64,000 bases of DNA, taken from IMG/VR virus record IMGVR_UViG_3300031841_004526; one strand, given 5' to 3'. The notes below the pieces were generated by a model. It made no database searches. It saw only the letters and a list, made by a program, of their open reading frames with translations, and was not told the DNA's origin. The translations under genes and the position numbers were made by a program. The DNA comes from an uncultured virus (IMG/VR IMGVR_UViG_3300031841_004526) (Duplodnaviria > Heunggongvirae > Uroviricota > Caudoviricetes). Positions 56,318-64,000 of the stretch are shown in pieces (position 1 is the first letter of the stretch; every line of letters starts with the position of its first letter).

Positions 56318-56686
56318 TTAGAAAGCTACAGCTTCTTCCATATCCTTCTTGCGAGAAGGTCTAGTAAGCTTAGCAAAGTTACTTACTCTGAGCTTCATGC
56401 TAGAGTGTTTAACACCATCTTTTTCCCAGGTGTCGTTTCGTAAAGATCCTTCTAGCATTACTAAGTCGCCCTTAGCAAAGGATTCAGCAATGGTTCTTGC
56501 TCCAGTATCCCATGCTTCACAAGGCACAAATGTAGTAATCTTGTCCTTGTTTCCATCGGACTTGGTATACTCTCTAGAAACAGCAATAGTAAAATTAACT
56601 ACTGATGTATCCTTACCATTAGAAGTATTGATTGTTCTAAGGTTAGGATCTCTGGCCAGATTACCCTTCAACACAACTAGATTCAT
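56318..56686 (-). CDS. ssb: single-stranded DNA-binding protein
   Basis: N.V.L.GNLARDP...NFTIAV...KG..V..EG.L....WEKDG; acidic end. Confidence 0.93.
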   Translation of the reverse strand: MNLVVLKGNLARDPNLRTINTSNGKDTSVVNFTIAVSREYTKSDGNKDKITTFVPCEAWDTGARTIAESFAKGDLVMLEGSLRNDTWEKDGVKHSSMKLRVSNFAKLTRPSRKKDMEEAVAF

Positions 56687-56728
56687 AATAATCTCCTTAA
56701 ATCAAAAAATAAAGTAACACAACTAACT

Positions 56729-56756
56729 ATTGTAACCCATCGAGTGCCGAAGTCAA
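56729..56756 (-). promoter_or_regulatory. sigma70-like promoter TTGACT-16-TACAAT for ssb and downstream genes
   Basis: Intergenic match upstream of the AAGGAG RBS. Confidence 0.55.
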
Positions 56757-56762
56757 GGCAAA

Positions 56763-58346
56763 CTATGCTTGCCAAACCTTCTTGATGATCATACTATCAT
56801 CCTTCTTCTTCGATGGCTCTAATTTTATTACTGTAGTATTGTCTACAGATAATAAATGTCTGTATATTTTGTATTCTTCAGGAAAGATTACTGTGTCTAT
56901 TGATCCAGTATTATCTGCTATTTTAACAAATGCCATTTCCTGTCCAGGATTTGCACCTCTTTTAGTTTTAATCACACTAACATCTTTAATCTCAATACCT
57001 ACCATTATATTTCTTGGGAAAGTCCTAGCATTACATAAAGCCCTACAATCTGTATTGACGTAATGTAAGTCGCACTCATCTATTTTGGAGCAGGACACGC
57101 TAATACCTAATAATTGATTCTCTGTGTCTGCTATCCATGCGATAGAGTCTTCTAATGAATATGCTGGATTTTTGAGCGACTCCAGTAAAGATTCTATAGA
57201 CTTTTTTCTTCTAACATTAACCTTTGTTAATACGAACGAAATACACTGTAAGATATTTTTAAATTCACCGATATTATTTACAATGTGTTCTTTCTCTTTG
57301 ACTGTTAGATTATCTATGATGTCATAATCAAATAGCATCTGTTTTCTGCTTAATCCAAGATAATCAAAACAACCAACAGATATCATGCCTTTAGCACCAG
57401 TCTTATTGATCTTATCCAAGACCTTGAACATAATCTCTAGATAGTTTGCATTTTGCCTATCTATTTCCAGTGTTTGCATCTTGTCATAAACAGAATCCCC
57501 GACTCCTTTAATATCTGTTAATCCAAAGTAAATCTTATCGTTTTGTAGTATGCAGTCTTTGTTATTGATTCTAAAGTCAGGATTGCACACATCAATATCC
57601 ATCTGCCTACAATTACTTACGAGATCACATATTTCTTGAAAAGGATCAATCTTTTCTCTGGCTAATTGTAGATAAGAAACGAAAAATTGTTTAGGAAAAT
57701 GGGTTTTGACATAAGCCGATAGATATGCATTCATAGCATAGGAAATAGCGTGGCTTTTATTAAAAGAATATCTCTGGCTTTTTTCAATCCAGTTGAAGAT
57801 TTCTGTGGACTGCTCAACATTCACCACATTGATCTTCTTGCAGCCTGCCAGGAACTTCTTTTTAATTTTGGCCATCTCTTCTGGTTTCTTTTTACCAATG
57901 GCCTTACGAAGCATGTCAGCGTCTTGTAGGTCAAATCCGGCGATGCCTTGGGCAATTTGCATAGCCTGTTCTTGATAGATCATCTCACCATATGTAGTGG
58001 AAAGAATATCTTTTAGACTCTCATGATAATAATCAATTGATTCTAATCCATTTTTCTTATCTATATAATGATTACTAACAGACTTGCCATCACGATATGC
58101 CTCTAAGCAACCGGGACGTAAAATAGAGATCAAAGCCGATAGTTGCTCTATATTTTCTGGCTTGAGTTTTTTAGCCATTGTTTGGCCTAGTCGAGACTCT
58201 AACTGGAAACACCCCTTAGTATTGCCAGAGCCAATTAATTTCCAAGTTTGTTTACAATCGAGATTGAGATTGATCAAATTAAGATCAAGATCTATTTTGT
58301 CTTCGGTAAAGCCAAATGAGCAACCGCACTTATATTTTTTACGCAT
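56763..58346 (-). CDS. dnaE: DNA polymerase III alpha, C-terminal half (fingers, HhH, OB)
   Basis: GCFQLES, RPG, YQEQ, AD.LRKAIGKK, YSFNKSHA, GL.DIKGVG. Confidence 0.9.
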   Translation of the reverse strand: MRKKYKCGCSFGFTEDKIDLDLNLINLNLDCKQTWKLIGSGNTKGCFQLESRLGQTMAKKLKPENIEQLSALISILRPGCLEAYRDGKSVSNHYIDKKNGLESIDYYHESLKDILSTTYGEMIYQEQAMQIAQGIAGFDLQDADMLRKAIGKKKPEEMAKIKKKFLAGCKKINVVNVEQSTEIFNWIEKSQRYSFNKSHAISYAMNAYLSAYVKTHFPKQFFVSYLQLAREKIDPFQEICDLVSNCRQMDIDVCNPDFRINNKDCILQNDKIYFGLTDIKGVGDSVYDKMQTLEIDRQNANYLEIMFKVLDKINKTGAKGMISVGCFDYLGLSRKQMLFDYDIIDNLTVKEKEHIVNNIGEFKNILQCISFVLTKVNVRRKKSIESLLESLKNPAYSLEDSIAWIADTENQLLGISVSCSKIDECDLHYVNTDCRALCNARTFPRNIMVGIEIKDVSVIKTKRGANPGQEMAFVKIADNTGSIDTVIFPEEYKIYRHLLSVDNTTVIKLEPSKKKDDSMIIKKVWQA

Positions 58347-59058
58347 GAGCAAAAGAGTTTTTGAACTGTATCCTGTTAGCAAAATTCTTGTGTAACTTGA
58401 GAAACCTTATCAATATGTTAGCACAGTCAGTGACATCCTTCAAGGCGTCGTGTGCATTATCAGAGTCTATTCCCATATACGATCTAATCGAATCTAACGA
58501 TATGGACTTAATTTCTGGTATGTACATAAACCATAAGTTTACAACGTACATTAGATCTATTCTATCTCTAGGATGAAATATAGATGTGGACTTTTCTTTA
58601 GCGTCAAACTGATCGTATTTTTCGCTAAGTCTATCTACAATCTTCATATCAAATCTATTGATATTATAGCCACATGCAATAGGTGCTGTGAACTTACTTT
58701 TGGTTTTCTTGCCAGATCCACCTAAATGGTAATTATCTAGGTAGCTAATAAATTGTTGCCAAGAATGTTTTTGTTCTGGATATTTCAACCAATCTTCCAG
58801 AATCGTACTTTTATCGACACCTCTCACTTTGCCGTGCCAATCTAAAATATCGGAATCGGTATATGGATGATTATCAATAGTTACGCCTTCGGCTTTTTCT
58901 AGCCGTTCTGGTTTAAGATTGATATTAAATTCCGAGTTTTCTACAATCTTTAATTTAACCGGGTCCACTATGACTGCTGCGAGTTGCACGGGGCTGCAAT
59001 TGTGTGGATCAGCCCCGTCCGTCTCAAAGTCAAAGACACAAATCTTATTCTTGTTCAT
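58339..59058 (-). CDS. DEDDh 3'-5' exonuclease (DnaQ-like)
   Basis: FDFETDG, GYNI..FD, AHDALKD. Confidence 0.88.
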   Translation of the reverse strand: MNKNKICVFDFETDGADPHNCSPVQLAAVIVDPVKLKIVENSEFNINLKPERLEKAEGVTIDNHPYTDSDILDWHGKVRGVDKSTILEDWLKYPEQKHSWQQFISYLDNYHLGGSGKKTKSKFTAPIACGYNINRFDMKIVDRLSEKYDQFDAKEKSTSIFHPRDRIDLMYVVNLWFMYIPEIKSISLDSIRSYMGIDSDNAHDALKDVTDCANILIRFLKLHKNFANRIQFKNSFAHA

Positions 59059-59228
59059 GCAACCTTTTGTACTTCCTGTTGTGGTTTGAAAACTGCATTT
59101 GCTCCATTAGCTACCTGTTTAGCATTACATTTAAGCTGGCAACAAGTAAGCTTTTCTGGTTTGACTTTTTTATACTTGACATTATTAACTGTGAAAATAT
59201 CACCAAGTTTTAAATCTTGAAATTTCAT
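59055..59228 (-). CDS. 57-aa hypothetical protein (MKFQDLKLGDIF...TCC..CNA), not in the ORF track
   Basis: AGGAG RBS, ATG at 59228, ATGA overlap with the exonuclease start. Confidence 0.65.
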   Translation of the reverse strand: MKFQDLKLGDIFTVNNVKYKKVKPEKLTCCQLKCNAKQVANGANAVFKPQQEVQKVA

Positions 59229-59233
59229 AGTAT

Positions 59234-61096
59234 TTACTCCTTTTTTAGTAACGATTGGACATTCATCATTTTATCCAGCAGGGCAATACCTAGGATATCG
59301 AATTTTACTACACCTATAGATTCTAAATCATTCATTTCTAAACCGGCTATGTTTTGTTTGGTTTTAGTATCATAAATCATAGGGCAGATACCAGCTAGGC
59401 TTTCCTGGGATATTGCGATACCTGCTGCATGTTTAGATTGGTTGTACTTGGTGCCTTCTAATCTAATAGCTTGCTCAAAGCGTTTGGCAAGTGGTCCCTT
59501 GAGTTCGCCGTCTTGCTTATGACACCAATCTTGCAATTGTTTGCTATTGTTTTCTAATGCCCAGTTGATAATCGAGGCTTCTCCGCTTTCGTCTTTCATT
59601 TCTTGCAGTTCATCTGCAATTTTTGCCTCATCTGGTATATGTTTGGTAATACGGTTCATTTCTTCAAAAGATATATTGCCATATACTCTTAGTACCTCTT
59701 TCAATGCTCCTCTGCCTTTAAGCGTATTATAGGTAATCATTTGAGAAACTTTATCTTGACCATATGTATTTTTGATATACTGAATAATTTCTTCTCGTTT
59801 ATTAATCGGCACATCAACGTCAATATCTGGCATGGATATTCTATCTTTACTGTTACGGCCAGCGTTGTAAAATCTTTCAAAAATCAGATTGTATTTGATG
59901 GGATCAATAGCTGTAATACCCACCAAATATGACACTAGGCATCCAGCGGCACTGCCTCTACCGGGTCCAGGTAGCCAATGATTTTTCTGCACATGATTGA
60001 CTATATCTTGCACAATCAAAAAATAACTACTAAGATTGGCACCTTCCAGCACATCTAGTTCATATTTAATGCGATCAACATATTTGTTATGCAATTCTTT
60101 CGGCACAACATTTTGAATTCTGTCTCGCCAGCCATGACGGCAAAGCTCTCTTAAGTATTGCTCAGAGTTCATTCCGTCAGGACAATTAAAGTCTGGAAGA
60201 TGAGGCTTGTTAAGAATATCATAATCTTCACACATAGAATCCACCAAGTTGGTATTATCTATTTCATCCCCAAGATTAATCTCGTTGATATCTTCATGAG
60301 ATAGTATATGATAGCTATCAGAGTGGAAAAATGAATCCATTCCGAATGATTCACCCCTAGATATTTTTTCTGCAACTTTTGGCAGAGACAGCTTCATATT
60401 ACTGCATAGCAAGATTCTTTGATCTACGCAATCATCAGCTTCACAGTAATGAGCATCTATGCTGGCTATTTTAGGAATTTTATTGAGAGTGCATATATCT
60501 CTCAGTTTTTGTCCTATGGTTTGCTGGTATTGATTTTCTCGATCCATTAGTTGTACTTCAACGAAAAAATTGTCTTTTCCAAAGATATCTGACAGACCAC
60601 CTATTTCCTTGAGTATTTCGTTATCGCTAACAAAACTTTCTTCAGGATATATTTTGTTTGCTAAATATGAACCAGGATGTCCACACAAACACACAATATC
60701 ATTCTTGGATACCATCGATCCTAACTTGGCCATATCCAAACGAGGTTTGTGGTAAAAGTTTTCTGCTTTGTTAGACTCTGAAACAATTTGCACAAGATTT
60801 TTCCAACCGTTCAGATTTTTCGACAATAAAACTATATGTGATAATTTTCTATTGTCTTTATTGTGAATATGACTGTCTTGTTCAGAAATATATAGCTCAA
60901 CACCAAGAATAGGTTTGATATTTTGCTTACGCATAGTCTGATAAAATTTGATACAGCCAGAAATTGTGCCGTGATCAGTGATAGCACAACTTTTCATTTC
61001 TAGCTTAGAGCATCGTTGGGCGATGTCTTCTGGCTTGCTAAGTCCGTCCAATAAACTGTAATGCGAATGCAAATGCAAAGGGGTATAGGGTTTCAT
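59234..61096 (-). CDS. dnaE: DNA polymerase III alpha, N-terminal half (PHP, palm)
   Basis: HLHSHYSLLDG, TDHG, GRGSAAGCLV, MPDIDVD, HAAG, KFDILG. Confidence 0.92.
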   Translation of the reverse strand: MKPYTPLHLHSHYSLLDGLSKPEDIAQRCSKLEMKSCAITDHGTISGCIKFYQTMRKQNIKPILGVELYISEQDSHIHNKDNRKLSHIVLLSKNLNGWKNLVQIVSESNKAENFYHKPRLDMAKLGSMVSKNDIVCLCGHPGSYLANKIYPEESFVSDNEILKEIGGLSDIFGKDNFFVEVQLMDRENQYQQTIGQKLRDICTLNKIPKIASIDAHYCEADDCVDQRILLCSNMKLSLPKVAEKISRGESFGMDSFFHSDSYHILSHEDINEINLGDEIDNTNLVDSMCEDYDILNKPHLPDFNCPDGMNSEQYLRELCRHGWRDRIQNVVPKELHNKYVDRIKYELDVLEGANLSSYFLIVQDIVNHVQKNHWLPGPGRGSAAGCLVSYLVGITAIDPIKYNLIFERFYNAGRNSKDRISMPDIDVDVPINKREEIIQYIKNTYGQDKVSQMITYNTLKGRGALKEVLRVYGNISFEEMNRITKHIPDEAKIADELQEMKDESGEASIINWALENNSKQLQDWCHKQDGELKGPLAKRFEQAIRLEGTKYNQSKHAAGIAISQESLAGICPMIYDTKTKQNIAGLEMNDLESIGVVKFDILGIALLDKMMNVQSLLKKE

Positions 61097-62124
61097 TCTG
61101 TACTTCCAGGGGCTTTGTAATATCCTACATTGTAACCGGGCACAGTGTATTCGTCAACCACATTTTTTATTCCTTTCAACTCAATATCATGTTTGACTTG
61201 TTCGCACATCGTCATAAAGTCGCCTTGGTGACATAATTGACCCTGACGATATTCTATCAACGGTGTTACGTTAGTATTATCAAAGGAATTTTTCCCATAA
61301 TGACAAAGCTTAGTGCATTTCCAGCTTTTGCTCAATTTGGGCTTTTTGCATTTTTTAATTTCGTCAAATTTTGTCCTCAATAAATCTTCAGTCTTAAATA
61401 TGTCAGATCTATCAAATGTCATACTAAATGGACCGCCATCATTGATAAAATATATAGTCACAATGCAGTGTTTCAATTCTGGATATAGTTTTTGAGCAGC
61501 ATAGAAGTAGATCATAAGTTGTGGATCTTTTTCTAGCTTTTCCTGTGTTTTTTCCTCACCAGTTGCCCAATTCAATCTTCTTCCGGTTTTCCAGTCGATA
61601 ATTTCTAAGGTGTCATCATTCACCTTGGTAATTAAGTCAATGGTTCCTTTAATTGCTAGTGTGCCTTGTAAATCCCCGTAGTTATATTTTGCCCACGGTT
61701 TATCTATAACAATATCAAACTGTTGTTCTGGATACAATATATCACGATTACGTGGATCAAACATACCGTCTGCATATTCAATAGCCTTATAGGACCATGC
61801 CCTACAGTCTTTGCGGTCTTTGTCGCTCCAAGTATGATGCTTGAACTGAGAAGTATAAAAGTCGTAAACGTCATTAATGATATTATCCAGATTATAATTA
61901 TGGATATCTACATTGCCTATGATGTCATCCTCAAAGGAGTGCTCTTCTTTTTGTTCGGTAAATTTGATAAATGCTAATATCTCTAATACTTTATGTACTA
62001 TGGTGCCTTTGTCTGCTTTTTTATTTGAAGGCGATCTATATCCTAATACATAATCAAAGAAGTATTGTTGCTCACACATATTGTGCGTATTATATGATGA
62101 GCTACGGAAATATGTTATTATAAT
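61093..62124 (-). CDS. PD-(D/E)XK exonuclease (RecB/Cas4-like), probable ATT start
   Basis: GT.VH..LE, GTIDL, IIDWKTG, QL.IY, C-terminal Cys cluster; frame open upstream to ATT at 62124 with an AGGAG RBS. Confidence 0.85.
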   Translation of the reverse strand: MIITYFRSSSYNTHNMCEQQYFFDYVLGYRSPSNKKADKGTIVHKVLEILAFIKFTEQKEEHSFEDDIIGNVDIHNYNLDNIINDVYDFYTSQFKHHTWSDKDRKDCRAWSYKAIEYADGMFDPRNRDILYPEQQFDIVIDKPWAKYNYGDLQGTLAIKGTIDLITKVNDDTLEIIDWKTGRRLNWATGEEKTQEKLEKDPQLMIYFYAAQKLYPELKHCIVTIYFINDGGPFSMTFDRSDIFKTEDLLRTKFDEIKKCKKPKLSKSWKCTKLCHYGKNSFDNTNVTPLIEYRQGQLCHQGDFMTMCEQVKHDIELKGIKNVVDEYTVPGYNVGYYKAPGSTE

Positions 62125-62699
62125 GGTAATACTCCTTTGTTTTGAAGAAATTTTTGAATGATCTCATTTTTTTCGTCTAGACACATCTGATTGTTATCTA
62201 TCGAATAATCAAAGTTCTTGGGGTTGTATTCTGAATCATCCAATGCTGTCTCGCTTGCGTGTGATGAGTGATACAGGTTTCTATTAAGTTTGATTACCAG
62301 ACCACCCGCTTTTTTAACAGCCTCAACCTCGTTGGGAAAACGACAATCTGCTATGAGTGCGAGTGGTAGATTTTCGTAATGAATTTTCCTAATCGTTGCA
62401 TCTGCCCAAACATTCTGTTGCATTTTACGAAACATATCAGTGCCTACAATTTGCATAACTTCTCTTGCAGACAACTGTTTTCCTTTCCAGTAACAATCCA
62501 CCAATTCATTTTTGTGCTTATCGGTACCATAGCACTGATTATAGGTTAATCCTAATATGGTTTGACACATGTGCTTTAGTGGATCAGCAAAGTTATATAT
62601 GCAAGAATTTTCTTGCTTTTTGCTAGCCCACAGTTTTTGTACAAATTCGCAAGCACTAGTTTTACCAGATTGTTTTCTTCCTGCAAATGCTATAATCAT
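62118..62699 (-). CDS. deoxynucleoside monophosphate kinase
   Basis: GRKQSGKT, FADPLK, REVMQ..GTD, DCRFPNE, H.SE. Confidence 0.9.
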   Translation of the reverse strand: MIIAFAGRKQSGKTSACEFVQKLWASKKQENSCIYNFADPLKHMCQTILGLTYNQCYGTDKHKNELVDCYWKGKQLSAREVMQIVGTDMFRKMQQNVWADATIRKIHYENLPLALIADCRFPNEVEAVKKAGGLVIKLNRNLYHSSHASETALDDSEYNPKNFDYSIDNNQMCLDEKNEIIQKFLQNKGVLPL

Positions 62700-63853
62700 A
62701 ATTGGGCCTCTATTACTTGTTTAATTTCCTTGTCAATTTCTTCAGAAGTCATTTCTGCAATATCATTGCGACTAACATTTATACTGCATACATTATAGGT
62801 TTTGTTGCATTTATCATAGATATTTTGCGCTGCTTTTTGCCCAGCTTCGTCATTGTCCATAATTAAAAACAATGTCATTGCTCCAGATGCGTCCAATATA
62901 AGTTTTTGCTTTGGGCTTAGATTGGTTCCAAAAATCGCTAAGCTGTTATGTATGCCATTTTCCTCTAGTTTCCATACATTACCTGGGCTTTCAACTAGGA
63001 TAGCATATCCTTGCTTAGATATATAGTCTTTCGCAAACCAGTGGTTGTAAAGGCAATCTTGCGTCTTAAAGCCACTATTATGTTTCCATTTAGAGTATTT
63101 CCATAAATTGTCACTGTCGGGACACTCACCATCATGATATCCTTTGCATTGATCACATCTGTCAAAAATACTTCTTCCGGTACATCCAACCATATACCGA
63201 TAAGACGAATCATATATTGGCACAACTATACGATTAGACATTGGCTTGTCAGGCTTGCTACATAATCCTACATCATACTTATCTAATACTTCCTTGGTAT
63301 ATCCTCTGTCGATATAATATTGACAAGGTATATCTATTGTGCTTCTAATAAAGTCTCTAGTAATGGTAGGCTTTTCTGCCGGTTGATTGGGAGCAATCGC
63401 ACCTATTGCAGCAGTAAATCTTTTCTTATTTCTCTGTGCAGTATTTACTTTAATATCTTCTAGCTTTGTTTCAGTAAACTGTTCACAAAATCTAACGGTT
63501 TCTTGGAAGGTACATACCTCGTCACCTTTTTTGTGCCACCCATACTTTTTGGTAGACAGCAAACCTCTAACAAAACCAATAATCGAGTCTTTAAAAGTAT
63601 CTTCACAATTATGTGTTCTGCATTTCCAGTTACCACGATATGTATCACCTTCTGGATAAATATTGATGGCAGAGGGGTTGTCTCCATGATGTATAGGACA
63701 ACACATCGTATACATCTTACCATTATCCTTATAGTCAATATCAAAATAATCAAAGAGATCTTCTATTTTGTCACAAATTTGATCCCCAAGTATTTTGAGC
63801 TTTTCCTGATTACCATTATTCGAACGGTATCTCTTCACCGCTGCTTTCATCAA
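62696..63853 (-). CDS. DNA primase (zinc finger plus TOPRIM)
   Basis: CPIH.GDNPS, C.THNC, RIVVPI, VE.P, DNDEAG. Confidence 0.88.
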   Translation of the reverse strand: MMKAAVKRYRSNNGNQEKLKILGDQICDKIEDLFDYFDIDYKDNGKMYTMCCPIHHGDNPSAINIYPEGDTYRGNWKCRTHNCEDTFKDSIIGFVRGLLSTKKYGWHKKGDEVCTFQETVRFCEQFTETKLEDIKVNTAQRNKKRFTAAIGAIAPNQPAEKPTITRDFIRSTIDIPCQYYIDRGYTKEVLDKYDVGLCSKPDKPMSNRIVVPIYDSSYRYMVGCTGRSIFDRCDQCKGYHDGECPDSDNLWKYSKWKHNSGFKTQDCLYNHWFAKDYISKQGYAILVESPGNVWKLEENGIHNSLAIFGTNLSPKQKLILDASGAMTLFLIMDNDEAGQKAAQNIYDKCNKTYNVCSINVSRNDIAEMTSEEIDKEIKQVIEAQL

Positions 63854-64000
63854 ACACCTCTTGATTATCTGAGCTTTGCATCAATTCCAATCTGGTCTTA
63901 CCTTCCGTAATTTTAGCACACCAACCTTTCATATTGCAGTTGATGTAGTCGTTGTCATCTAAACCTCCACCGTGCCGACTAACCAACGGCAGTAGCTTAC
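63816..64000 (-). CDS. C-terminal end of a probable DnaB-like helicase (partial)
   Basis: Open frame KLLPLVSRHGGG...EEIPFE*; the RHG arginine-finger position resembles DnaB; adjacent to primase. Confidence 0.55.
   Translation of the reverse strand, partial: KLLPLVSRHGGGLDDNDYINCNMKGWCAKITEGKTRLELMQSSDNQEVFDESSGEEIPFE

Noticed and set aside
56763..61096. Split intein or group I intron in dnaE
   Set aside because: No intein terminal motifs, and the intervening DNA is fully occupied by coupled ORFs
61093..62124. cas4 as part of a CRISPR system
   Set aside because: Solitary PD-(D/E)XK exonuclease in a replication operon, which is common in phages
3585..63910. Many short antisense or alternate-frame ORFs in the track
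   Set aside because: They shadow well-supported genes and lack RBSs or recognisable motifs
1..64000. Stop-codon reassignment
   Set aside because: Long genes are intact under the standard code, and TAA, TAG and TGA all end genes at sensible boundaries
1..64000. tRNA, rRNA, integrase, tail sheath or lysis genes
   Set aside because: None recognised by eye; a tRNAscan/Infernal run would be needed to exclude small RNAs

Overview
This window is part of a large, AT-rich tailed dsDNA phage genome (Caudoviricetes; standard genetic code; siphovirus-like, since no tail sheath is visible). It has three blocks. (1) 1-~2340 is a GC-richer, leftward-transcribed early-type region of small ORFs. Nearly every ORF has its own near-consensus sigma70 promoter, there are two perfect sigma54 (-24/-12) boxes, and about 20 copies of a 14-bp palindrome CCCYH-N4-DRGGG occur even inside ORFs and stop abruptly at ~2335. 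(2) 2675-49931 (+) is a late module: phage sigma factor, HNH and ERCC4 nucleases, terminase, portal, protease/scaffold, capsid, fibres, neck, two paralogous tail-tube genes, a 2328-aa tape measure carrying inserted domains, and very large tail-tip proteins. Its transcription units are preceded by a recurring RGTGTAW motif. (3) 49921-64000 (-) is a replication/modification module: annealase-like protein, homing endonuclease, glycosyltransferase cluster, SSB, a DnaE split into two genes around a DnaQ-like exonuclease, PD-(D/E)XK exonuclease, dNMP kinase, primase and the end of a helicase. Some features hint at a Planctomycete host (inference only). The strongest novelty candidates are the palindrome array beside an HTH/AT-hook gene, the three-promoter-class programme, and the cargo domains in the tape measure. 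All protein calls come from motifs and synteny read by eye, not from database searches.
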